A stretch of 27,774 bases of DNA from a virus (Duplodnaviria > Caudoviricetes): IMG/VR virus record IMGVR_UViG_3300047301_000216, positions 1 through 27,774 of that record; one strand, 5' to 3'. The notes under the pieces were generated by a model. The model saw only the letters and a list, made by a program, of their open reading frames with translations, did no database searches and was not told where the DNA came from. The stretch's first letter is position 1. Each line of letters opens with the position of its first letter. Both the position numbers and the translations under genes were made by a program. This document shows, one piece after another, positions 9,224-17,189 of this stretch.

Positions 9224-10237
9224 TCAAAACCTCGAAGTAGGAGCTGTGGGTCCAGCGGCATCACCGCCGCTCTCCGGGAGCTGGTGGTCAAATAATGAAG
9301 ATAGGTCTGGTCCGCTCAATGGGGCTCCAGAGGGGCTCTCTTGCATTCTGAGAGCCTCTGGGTCGACTCCTGCACCTTGTGCGGGAGCACTCTTGGCATC
9401 AGCTATACGGCCTCGTATGTGGCCAAAAAGCTCTCCCCAATTCGAGTATCCACCGCTAACACTGCGAGCGAGTTCACTCTGAACTTCTTTCGTCACAATA
9501 CCGGCCAGTGGAGATGCTGCTAATGGAGCAAGACCTTCTGCTTTGCGAAGTTCATTGAGCAGCTGAATTAATTGTGTATTTTTTGTTTTGAGAGCTTGAG
9601 CCTTTTTAACCTCGTCCGTCAGCTCTGGCTTTGCAACCGGAGTCGATTCGGCAAATGGCCCTGGCTCACCTTCGGACACCCACCGTCCAAGGTCCTTCTG
9701 TTTTACTGGTGCCTTGTTCATGGACATCTCTGTTCCATAATTGCCATCAGCCGGTGATTGATTAAAATCTTCAGCTAGCTTAGATATTTCAAGGTCTAGT
9801 TCTGCTGCAAGAGCTGACTCGCCATTATCTTCTAGTAAATTAGCAATCGAAATAAGCTTTGCAACCGCTTTAGCCAGAACCATCTTTCCAGTCGGTTTGC
9901 TCTCTGCAACTTCACGCATAACCTTGGCTCGCTCTACGATTGTCTCTACTTTAGCAAGGTCCTTATCGCGAGGAGCATTGTTATCTAATTCAATAGCAAC
10001 GCCTCCACCGGGATGAGCTTTTCCTACCATCTGCTCGCCGGTATCACCAGGCAAGCCATAGAGGCGATTGTCTGCGGATGCAACTACCACTAGATCCTGA
10101 AGGTCATTCTTCTTGGGGGCTGAAATGTCGAAATCGGGATAAAGCTTCTCTGCAGTTTTCTCAAGCATATTGTCTGACATAGCTTTTGCAAAAAATGAGT
10201 CCAGGACTTCGCTCTCGTCTGATTTTATACGGTACAT
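9224..10237 (-). CDS. Putative internal head protein with shared AHP module
   Basis: 337 aa, AGGAG SD. Contains KAHPGGG..KVETIVE..VAESKPTG..LISIANLLEDNG..LA.ELD..ISKLA. Confidence 0.6.
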   Translation of the reverse strand: MYRIKSDESEVLDSFFAKAMSDNMLEKTAEKLYPDFDISAPKKNDLQDLVVVASADNRLYGLPGDTGEQMVGKAHPGGGVAIELDNNAPRDKDLAKVETIVERAKVMREVAESKPTGKMVLAKAVAKLISIANLLEDNGESALAAELDLEISKLAEDFNQSPADGNYGTEMSMNKAPVKQKDLGRWVSEGEPGPFAESTPVAKPELTDEVKKAQALKTKNTQLIQLLNELRKAEGLAPLAASPLAGIVTKEVQSELARSVSGGYSNWGELFGHIRGRIADAKSAPAQGAGVDPEALRMQESPSGAPLSGPDLSSLFDHQLPESGGDAAGPTAPTSRF

Positions 10238-10245
10238 AATAACTC

Positions 10246-10551
10246 CTAGTCGAACAAACTTTTAATATCTTCTATAGCTAGCTCAAGCTCAAGTGCAACA
10301 CTGGGTCTATTCACAGCTTCAGAAGCGACCTTGTTCAATTCATTAATTATTATTAGAGATGAGCTTTCTTTGTAAAAAAGGCCTAAATGATTCTTGGCAG
10401 TAGCAACCAAATCGCTGCTATCATAATTAAATGGAACTTCAGCCACAGGCTCTTCTGCGGGAGCATTCACTTCTGCAGAGGCGAGGATTTCCATAAGATT
10501 TCTTGCAACTTCGCTATTCTTCCAATTTCCATCATCATGATCAAAAATCAT
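10246..10551 (-). CDS. Small acidic hypothetical protein
   Basis: 101 aa, GAGGT SD, tight operon spacing. The C-terminal ELNKVA..VALELELAI resembles the helix of the shared module. Confidence 0.7.
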   Translation of the reverse strand: MIFDHDDGNWKNSEVARNLMEILASAEVNAPAEEPVAEVPFNYDSSDLVATAKNHLGLFYKESSSLIIINELNKVASEAVNRPSVALELELAIEDIKSLFD

Positions 10552-10558
10552 ATAAACC

Positions 10559-11245
10559 TCACAGCCAAATAAATTCTAAGAATGGATTATGTGCCGTCGG
10601 CGGGACGATGCACATAGCAACGCCAGGCTGATCCGGCATAGTTTGTTCTGTTGTAATCTTCCCACGGGAGCTTACAAACAAGGTCGCATTAACGCTATAT
10701 GCAGTCATTTCATATTGGTCCGTTTGGAATATACCACGAGACCACCATACAGTTATCCTTCCAGATCCGACCGTAGTATCCTCTCCCGCTATATTCGGAA
10801 CTGAGTATACATATTTTACACGGGTTCTTACAGAATTGGGTGTTGCAGATCCATCCGATGCATAATTGAGGACGGTGCCCGCAGGGGCTCGCAGTATCCC
10901 ATTTATCGGATTTAGCTTCAGGCCTTCATAATCGGATACGAAAGAACTAGAGACAATACCGGCATTGTATAGTTCTTTTGACGTATCCATTGAATTTATC
11001 CATTGGTATCCATCAAAGGATGGTACTCCAGGAATGATAACAAGTTCATCGTTTACAGGGGCTGTAAACGCAGTTGTCCGAATATCATCTATAATACCGA
11101 ATGGCGCTCGTCCATCGGAAACACCCAGGATATGGTCATTTCCGATCACTTTGAACTGAGCAATCATACCGGGCTCAAATGTCGCATTTGGATCGCCAGG
11201 GTAAGAGATTGCTCGTGCATTTCCAGACTGTATAATTCTTAACAT
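10559..11245 (-). CDS. Putative capsid decoration/cement-like protein (paralog 2)
   Basis: 228 aa, AAGGTGA SD. Motifs PFGIIDD and GSGRITVWW.RGIFQTDQY parallel ADDG and GSGKVTLW..PGLY of 3560..4243. Confidence 0.55.
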   Translation of the reverse strand: MLRIIQSGNARAISYPGDPNATFEPGMIAQFKVIGNDHILGVSDGRAPFGIIDDIRTTAFTAPVNDELVIIPGVPSFDGYQWINSMDTSKELYNAGIVSSSFVSDYEGLKLNPINGILRAPAGTVLNYASDGSATPNSVRTRVKYVYSVPNIAGEDTTVGSGRITVWWSRGIFQTDQYEMTAYSVNATLFVSSRGKITTEQTMPDQPGVAMCIVPPTAHNPFLEFIWL

Positions 11246-11320
11246 TTAATCACCTTGTACTTTAAATTGCCTCAGCGCTTTAAATATACAACCGCACAAC
11301 GTCAAAGGTAGTGTGCGCTT

Positions 11321-11360
11321 AAAACAAGGCGGGGCCCCGAAGTTAACCGGAGCCCCGCCT
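11321..11360 (-). terminator. Rho-independent terminator after the protease/scaffold gene
   Basis: The minus strand reads AGGCGGGGCTCCGG-TTAACT-TCGGGGCCCCGCCT-TGTTTT, a 14-bp stem with two G-U pairs. Confidence 0.85.
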
Positions 11361-11370
11361 ACTAAACTAT

Positions 11371-13815
11371 TCAGAGAAAGAGTTTAGCCAAGCTATCGAC
11401 ACTCAGGTCGGAGGCATTTGCCACCAGCTGAGGCTGTTCGCGGTCGTAATTCATTCCAGCAACCGGAGCTGCTGTTTTGACACGATCATCAGACTTTCTA
11501 GTTTGACCAATCATATTCTTCATTGCATCGAACTGTTCATTTGGAAGCTTAACCAGGTTTGAAGCAAATCTATGGAGTTCCGCGCGTGATTTGGAAATCA
11601 TGTTGCGTTCCTGAGCCTCTAGTGCGAGATTGTAAGCGCGCATAAGCTTCGCCTGCTCTTCCTCACCGGATGCCTTCACTTCAAGACCAGCCTTCGCCTG
11701 CTTGAATTCTTTTGTCAGACCATCGGCAAACTCGCGACCGCCATCAACCTGTCCAAAGAATTCCTTCCAATACTTAGCAGCTTCGGAGTCTACAGCTCCC
11801 TTAGCAACCAATTCATCAAGCTGGGTGGACTTTATCGCGCCAGCACGAATCATTTGATTAAGAGTCTCTGCGGCCATACGCACGTTTCTTGGCTCAGAAC
11901 GAGCAACGTCAAGCATAGCATCCTTAACCTCAGCAAGAGTCTCAACCTTATTGAGCTTATCCGAGACCTTAGCGTCAACGCTAACATCTGGACCTGGACC
12001 CTTACGAGTCTCTTCGTAGGTGGACTGCCATTCTCCGGCAACCTTCCTCAAGAGTGACTGTCTCCAAGCTTTGCGGCTCATAAGACCATCTTCAGCATGC
12101 ATATCCTTCTCGTGCTTATCCACTTCCTTATCGGCAATGTCAGCAACCTCTTCCTCTTCATCCTTATCAAGAGGACCGGAAACATCACCCTTATCAGAAG
12201 CATTCATGAATGTATCTTCAGTATCCCAGGCTTCGAGAGCTTGTTCGAGTTCGAGAACTGGATCCAATTCTTCGGTAACAGCAAGGGCGTCATCCTCTAG
12301 AGTGTCCATCTTTGATGGAATCTCTGGGCTAGTAGGCTCTTCCCACTCTCCACCGTCAACCTCAGCAAGGGCCTTGGCAACAAGGGTTTCACGACGAGCC
12401 GCTCTAGCAGCAAGAAGTTCGCCAAGAGCAAGGCCTGCTTTCTTCACTTTCTTCTTCTTGGAGTCGTCCTTATCCTCTTTCTCGTCTTCCTCTTCATCCT
12501 CATCTTCGTCCTTAACCTTCTTCTTCATCTTGAACTTAAACGGGAACTTGGAATCTTCCTTCTTGGTCTTCTTCTTATCAACCTTCTTCTTGGCAGCAAT
12601 CTTATCAAGGAGATCGGAAGCTGCATTTGCAACAACGAATGCATCGGATACAGCCTCATCGACTACCGAGGCAGGTGCTGATACGTCGGAAAGAGCACTG
12701 AGTTCATCAGCACTTTCGGACAAAGCAGCCTGCACTTTCAGCAGCTGTGTTCTGAAGGAAGCCATAACCACGGGTGCACCGGGGGAGCTTTCGACAGCAA
12801 CGTCAACCTGCTTAAGGTCTTCGACCTTTGCGGCATCACGAATCTCTTCAACTGCAGACTCGATAGACGAAAGGGCTTCGGAGATCTTATCAGAATCGCC
12901 ATCCTTTTCATCAGCAGCAACCGGAGCCTCGGGGGCTGGAGTTGGGGCAGCCGGGGCAGCCATCTCTCCGCCAAGCTCTTCTGCTGCTTTTTCAAGACCA
13001 GCAGAACGAATTAGTTTCATAAGCTCTTTTGCATAAGCTTCTGTCTTGAAGAATTCATCAGCGGTAAGATCCTTTCCGTCCTGTGACAGGTGAGCAGTTC
13101 CATCAACTGAATCTGTAAGACCAACTTCATATGCTCCAGAAGCCTTGACCGTGAGAACTGGCTTGCTGCCAGCAAAGATCTTCCAGGCGCTCTTGCCAGG
13201 AGTTGCGCTCTTGACTAATTGAGCACGAAGACCGGCTGCGCGCTGTAGACCACGCTTGGTAGCCTCGTCGCCAGGAAATAGACCGCTAGAACCAGTCTCG
13301 ACCACACCATTCAGATGCTTATCCTTCGCGCGCATTGACTCGTGAGAGTCGCCCATCAGAGGATACTTTGTCTTACCTGGGGTTGGCTCTTCCGTCCCCT
13401 GCCAATAAGCCTTCTTCTCAACCAAAGACTCTTGGTCATCGGCCTTCAAGACTTCCTGGGTTCCATCAGGCTTGGTTTGCACCATCACCTTCTGTCCTTT
13501 GGCATCAGTCTTCTCAACGACCGCACCTGGAGGAGTATTGGCTTCCTTTGTAAGGGAAGCTAGAAGTTTTGCGCGCTTAGCCCGGCGATCTTCCAAGGAA
13601 GCACGCTGAACCAACTCTTTCTTCTTGGCATCTTCTGCTGGGATGTCGCCAGACGTATCCAGCTCCTTGCCAGTCATTTGTTTATCTTGAGTATCGCGAA
13701 CCTTATCGGCATCACCCATCTTGTCGTATGGAAGAACCTTGGTGGGGTCTTCCGTGCCCTGGTGATATGCCTGTTTACGCGCTTCAGCGCGCTTACGTAA
13801 CTCTGCAAAATTCAT
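11371..13815 (-). CDS. Nested in-frame scaffolding protein (814 aa) from an internal start
   Basis: TAAGGAG SD lies 6 nt upstream of the in-frame ATG at codon 460 (MNFAELRK). Confidence 0.65.
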   Translation of the reverse strand: MNFAELRKRAEARKQAYHQGTEDPTKVLPYDKMGDADKVRDTQDKQMTGKELDTSGDIPAEDAKKKELVQRASLEDRRAKRAKLLASLTKEANTPPGAVVEKTDAKGQKVMVQTKPDGTQEVLKADDQESLVEKKAYWQGTEEPTPGKTKYPLMGDSHESMRAKDKHLNGVVETGSSGLFPGDEATKRGLQRAAGLRAQLVKSATPGKSAWKIFAGSKPVLTVKASGAYEVGLTDSVDGTAHLSQDGKDLTADEFFKTEAYAKELMKLIRSAGLEKAAEELGGEMAAPAAPTPAPEAPVAADEKDGDSDKISEALSSIESAVEEIRDAAKVEDLKQVDVAVESSPGAPVVMASFRTQLLKVQAALSESADELSALSDVSAPASVVDEAVSDAFVVANAASDLLDKIAAKKKVDKKKTKKEDSKFPFKFKMKKKVKDEDEDEEEDEKEDKDDSKKKKVKKAGLALGELLAARAARRETLVAKALAEVDGGEWEEPTSPEIPSKMDTLEDDALAVTEELDPVLELEQALEAWDTEDTFMNASDKGDVSGPLDKDEEEEVADIADKEVDKHEKDMHAEDGLMSRKAWRQSLLRKVAGEWQSTYEETRKGPGPDVSVDAKVSDKLNKVETLAEVKDAMLDVARSEPRNVRMAAETLNQMIRAGAIKSTQLDELVAKGAVDSEAAKYWKEFFGQVDGGREFADGLTKEFKQAKAGLEVKASGEEEQAKLMRAYNLALEAQERNMISKSRAELHRFASNLVKLPNEQFDAMKNMIGQTRKSDDRVKTAAPVAGMNYDREQPQLVANASDLSVDSLAKLFL

Positions 13816-15192
13816 TGGAATCTCCTTATTCTTTAACATTGCAAATCTGTTGTGCAAAGAATTTGTTTTGGAATCAGTATCTGTCTCACCTGAAAAATTT
13901 GGTGATGTAACTGACGCCGTTGCTATACCACTACTAGGATCCGGAAGAGTTCTTGTAACCCCTACGTTTTTGTCTACAAGTGAAGTTGGATCCTGGCCAA
14001 TTTCATTGTTTAAACTTTCACCGGCCATATCATGGCCCGTTGCTCCGAGAGTGCCCAAATCAGGCTGAGTGGCAGTACCTGTTGGACGACCGACGGAACT
14101 AATATCTATATCTGAAACTTCGGAATTCATATACCTCTCTGCAAGCAATTCAGCAACCGCATCCTTTATAGAGGTCATAGAAGGGTCTTTCAGAGACTTG
14201 AGCTTTAAAGCTAGCTCGCGAAGCCCAACAGTCTTCATTGAAGCTACATGCTCCATAATCTGTTTGAATTTCGGGCTTTCCTGGCTAAGGGTTCCAAGTA
14301 TGTCAATAACTTCACTCACCGAGAGTGTTCTAGCCAGATCTGCGGATTCGCTAACAACTTCATCTGAAAGCGCCGCTGCTTTTTGTATGAAATAATTATT
14401 GAAACTCGCCAGCACTGTACGAACCTTTGCACGGGGGTCTGCGCCTGTAACAACTATGGACAATTCTATAGGCTTGAGATCTTTATTAATCTCGCCATAA
14501 TTAGCCTTTGATTTAACGTGATGGCAGTATTCGGCTTCTGTGGTGGCGACATTAGCGCACTCTGTGCATATGGACCTACCCACCGCCGTACCCATTGAGA
14601 CATTGGTTGCATACCCAGCTTCGACCTTTCTGGCCAAATCAGGGTAATTCTTTTTATCTAGAGCAAACAAGGCGTGCACGCGCTTAAACTTGGGCTCGTA
14701 AAAAGTATCCACGATTATTCCGCGAATACCATCCACCGTGCTACTGATATGATCTTTGCACAATGGCTTGCCGACCCAGTCCTTGTGTGATTTTACAAGG
14801 TCTTCTTCTGGGAAGATGTCGCCATTCTGATTTTTGTAGAGTTGTACGCCGTCTGGCGAAACCCATTTTACAGAGGCCGACCCTTTAGTGTCATGAACAG
14901 ACTCAAAGTGTCCGCGAACAGGCTCTCCACGCGCATTCTTCCGAAACTCGCCGCCCAGCTCATCGACTAGGTTTGCCTCAGCAGCATGCATCTGGATTGC
15001 ATGACAATAAAGAAAATCCTCCATCTTAGGGGCGAGCTTAGTTCCGACTTTCACACGGTCCTGCTCTTCACGAAGGGAGGCTATTATTGTCTTGAAACGA
15101 GCTACTATCTCGCGCTCGCCCTCAACGTCTGCGGGCGACACGATATTAGAAATATGAATTTGATCGCTGAAAGCAATCTTTTTGATAGCCAT
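11371..15192 (-). CDS. Prohead (capsid maturation) protease fused to a long scaffolding region
   Basis: The N-terminal ~260 aa contain NQNGDIF, GKPLCKDH (His), VSMG (Ser), a CTEC..CHH metal-binding insert and ELSIV..ADP, typical of HK97/assemblin-fold (clan SH) phage proteases. The remaining ~1000 aa are acidic, helical and low-complexity. Confidence 0.85.
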   Translation of the reverse strand: MAIKKIAFSDQIHISNIVSPADVEGEREIVARFKTIIASLREEQDRVKVGTKLAPKMEDFLYCHAIQMHAAEANLVDELGGEFRKNARGEPVRGHFESVHDTKGSASVKWVSPDGVQLYKNQNGDIFPEEDLVKSHKDWVGKPLCKDHISSTVDGIRGIIVDTFYEPKFKRVHALFALDKKNYPDLARKVEAGYATNVSMGTAVGRSICTECANVATTEAEYCHHVKSKANYGEINKDLKPIELSIVVTGADPRAKVRTVLASFNNYFIQKAAALSDEVVSESADLARTLSVSEVIDILGTLSQESPKFKQIMEHVASMKTVGLRELALKLKSLKDPSMTSIKDAVAELLAERYMNSEVSDIDISSVGRPTGTATQPDLGTLGATGHDMAGESLNNEIGQDPTSLVDKNVGVTRTLPDPSSGIATASVTSPNFSGETDTDSKTNSLHNRFAMLKNKEIPMNFAELRKRAEARKQAYHQGTEDPTKVLPYDKMGDADKVRDTQDKQMTGKELDTSGDIPAEDAKKKELVQRASLEDRRAKRAKLLASLTKEANTPPGAVVEKTDAKGQKVMVQTKPDGTQEVLKADDQESLVEKKAYWQGTEEPTPGKTKYPLMGDSHESMRAKDKHLNGVVETGSSGLFPGDEATKRGLQRAAGLRAQLVKSATPGKSAWKIFAGSKPVLTVKASGAYEVGLTDSVDGTAHLSQDGKDLTADEFFKTEAYAKELMKLIRSAGLEKAAEELGGEMAAPAAPTPAPEAPVAADEKDGDSDKISEALSSIESAVEEIRDAAKVEDLKQVDVAVESSPGAPVVMASFRTQLLKVQAALSESADELSALSDVSAPASVVDEAVSDAFVVANAASDLLDKIAAKKKVDKKKTKKEDSKFPFKFKMKKKVKDEDEDEEEDEKEDKDDSKKKKVKKAGLALGELLAARAARRETLVAKALAEVDGGEWEEPTSPEIPSKMDTLEDDALAVTEELDPVLELEQALEAWDTEDTFMNASDKGDVSGPLDKDEEEEVADIADKEVDKHEKDMHAEDGLMSRKAWRQSLLRKVAGEWQSTYEETRKGPGPDVSVDAKVSDKLNKVETLAEVKDAMLDVARSEPRNVRMAAETLNQMIRAGAIKSTQLDELVAKGAVDSEAAKYWKEFFGQVDGGREFADGLTKEFKQAKAGLEVKASGEEEQAKLMRAYNLALEAQERNMISKSRAELHRFASNLVKLPNEQFDAMKNMIGQTRKSDDRVKTAAPVAGMNYDREQPQLVANASDLSVDSLAKLFL
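13822..13828 (-). promoter_or_regulatory. Strong internal ribosome-binding site TAAGGAG
   Basis: The minus strand reads AAGAATAAGGAGATTCCA-ATG. Confidence 0.7.
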
Positions 15193-15366
15193 TCACTTAT
15201 CCTTGTCTGAACTTTCTTCCTGACCTTCTATTTTTATATTAGCAGGCTCAGTAACTTTATCATCAGAAGTAGTAACTACTCCCTCAGCAGCCTGCGATTT
15301 TTTAATCCAGCCAGGAACGCTTTCCTCAATGCCGATTTCTACAACGGAATATTTAATAAAACCCAT
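15193..15366 (-). CDS. Small hypothetical protein, 57 aa (not in the ORF track)
   Basis: Translated by hand as MGFIKYSVVEIGIEESVPGWIKKSQAAEG...SSDKDK*. It has a GGTGA SD, its TGA abuts the protease ATG, and it fills the gap exactly. Confidence 0.75.
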   Translation of the reverse strand: MGFIKYSVVEIGIEESVPGWIKKSQAAEGVVTTSDDKVTEPANIKIEGQEESSDKDK

Positions 15367-15378
15367 AAATCACCACAT

Positions 15379-15915
15379 TTAGATATTTTTAATCTTAGAA
15401 CCGATTTTGATTCTACCTAAAATATCCCTATCTATCTTTTGAAATAATTGAACTGAAACAATCTCATGCAAGGATTTCTTGGCTGCAATGATACTATTTA
15501 CATCCTGTGGAACATCCTGTAAGAATTTTGGGTCTGCGGGATTACGCATCTTCTCCAAAAATTCAATAGATGAATCTCGTATCTTACGAATATCTTCAAC
15601 ATAAGCTCTGCGCATGGCATCGAAATTGCTATCTGAAATCATCCTATTCCACTCACTGAGAGATTGCTCAACCAATGTAAGGAAGTCATTCAAATCATTC
15701 TGAACCTTGTGGCGATATGCTACCAACTCTTTTCGTAATTTTAGTAAGTCCTCAGGATTAACAACCTCGGACATTACTTTACTAAATTCATCAAGAGAAT
15801 CTGTAATCTTATCTAATGAAAGTATTACATCCTTTAATGAGGTACGCACAGCCTTAGCCTGCTCCATTTCCGGAGGGCTTATTTTAATAGAGTATATTGG
15901 AACTGCTATTTTCAA
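15379..15915 (-). CDS. Hypothetical alpha-helical protein
   Basis: 178 aa, TTG start preceded by TAGGA, amphipathic helical pattern. Confidence 0.7.
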   Translation of the reverse strand: MKIAVPIYSIKISPPEMEQAKAVRTSLKDVILSLDKITDSLDEFSKVMSEVVNPEDLLKLRKELVAYRHKVQNDLNDFLTLVEQSLSEWNRMISDSNFDAMRRAYVEDIRKIRDSSIEFLEKMRNPADPKFLQDVPQDVNSIIAAKKSLHEIVSVQLFQKIDRDILGRIKIGSKIKNI

Positions 15916-15966
15916 AAAAGAATCCTATTTAGCTACTAATACTGTTCTGCAAGTCTATTGATAGAA

Positions 15967-16680
15967 CTAGGGTTCCATGATAGGTGATGACATGGCCATA
16001 TTTGATGACGGCAGTGCTGTGGATATATCTCTAAACGGGTGTACGATAGTTGGTGTAGGCCCGACGGGGGCAAATACCCCGTCATCAGAAGCCATATCCC
16101 TATTTACAATTGACTTAAGAATTATCTTTATTTCTGGCAAATTATCATGCTCAGCAATTTGACGAAGGATTTTATCAGAGCTTACACCAGTGCGCTCAGA
16201 GAGCAACTCGCAAATTGACTCAATATCCTCGCACTGCATATTGAGAGCATTAGCCAAGTTCTCAGAAGCATGCTTTACAAAGAAGCTCGATTGCGAGCTG
16301 CTAAATTTTACAGGAGCAGGTACTGGTGACACTGGCTGCTGGGAGAATGTCATCCCAGTAAGGCTCGGAACCCCTCCTGCAACTTGAACTATTTTAACAC
16401 CATTACTAGTTATAATTGCAATGTACCGTCCGCCATTAGCACTATCACGCACTTGCCCGACAGAATTAGGGTCTCCACGGACTCGGAATAGCTTAACTTG
16501 CGGTTTGGAGCGAGCAAAATCATTTGCTATAGCAGTATTCAGAAGAACATTTCTTACCTTAGAGCCCTGATTTGCAGCCCTAAAAGTCTTCCTGGCAGAA
16601 ACTGTTACGAATATTTTCTTACCCGTAACAGGATCTGTTATACCACTATCTTCTAATGTTGAAGCAGAAAATTTATTCAT
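15967..16680 (-). CDS. Hypothetical protein
   Basis: 237 aa, ATGA overlap with the upstream gene. A basic N-half and an acidic C-half are separated by FFVKHAS. Confidence 0.7.
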   Translation of the reverse strand: MNKFSASTLEDSGITDPVTGKKIFVTVSARKTFRAANQGSKVRNVLLNTAIANDFARSKPQVKLFRVRGDPNSVGQVRDSANGGRYIAIITSNGVKIVQVAGGVPSLTGMTFSQQPVSPVPAPVKFSSSQSSFFVKHASENLANALNMQCEDIESICELLSERTGVSSDKILRQIAEHDNLPEIKIILKSIVNRDMASDDGVFAPVGPTPTIVHPFRDISTALPSSNMAMSSPIMEP

Positions 16681-17189
16681 AACATCCTGTACAACTGACC
16701 TAGAATTGAGCTGATCACTGTTGGAGGCTGTGATTGCAGAACATTCTTCATAATATTCATAGCAGCACCGATTGCGGCAGACGGATTATTTCTCTTCTTC
16801 GATAGCATATATGGATTTAATTCAGTCAAGTGCTCTCTGATATTTTGAACAAACTTAGGTCTATTCTGAATCTTAGAACGCTGCATTAAATGATGAATTA
16901 GCCTAACTAGAGTGATTGCCGTATCCCGTGGATTTAGAGGATCAGAATAAGCCTTGGTCTCAGCCGCTGCTTTAGACAAAGGTTCGGCCAAGCCGAACCT
17001 TCCGTCATCAATAGGCAGAGAATCTTCCATAAACTCATCAACCAGAAGGTCTTCCACATCATGCTGATCACAAGAGCACTTTCCCTCATTTTCAGAGACG
17101 AGCTTCATGACTATATTCTTAGCAGCGACCTTTGATGCCGTATGTAATATATCATAAATCAACTCATTTGATGAATTTAGGTTGCTCAA
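16677..17189 (-). CDS. Hypothetical protein
   Basis: 170 aa, TTGA overlap with the upstream stop and a GAGGT SD. An acidic N-part is followed by a helical basic domain after LSKAA. Confidence 0.7.
   Translation of the reverse strand: MSNLNSSNELIYDILHTASKVAAKNIVMKLVSENEGKCSCDQHDVEDLLVDEFMEDSLPIDDGRFGLAEPLSKAAAETKAYSDPLNPRDTAITLVRLIHHLMQRSKIQNRPKFVQNIREHLTELNPYMLSKKRNNPSAAIGAAMNIMKNVLQSQPPTVISSILGQLYRML

Noticed and set aside
11270-11310. Sigma70 promoter TTGACG...TATATT upstream of 11245
   Set aside because: The spacer is only 11 nt, so it cannot be supported as a canonical promoter.
12020-13036. 338-aa plus-strand ORF
   Set aside because: It is an antisense shadow of the codon-biased, low-complexity scaffold region. 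It is Ser/Phe-rich and mirrors the Glu/Lys codons.
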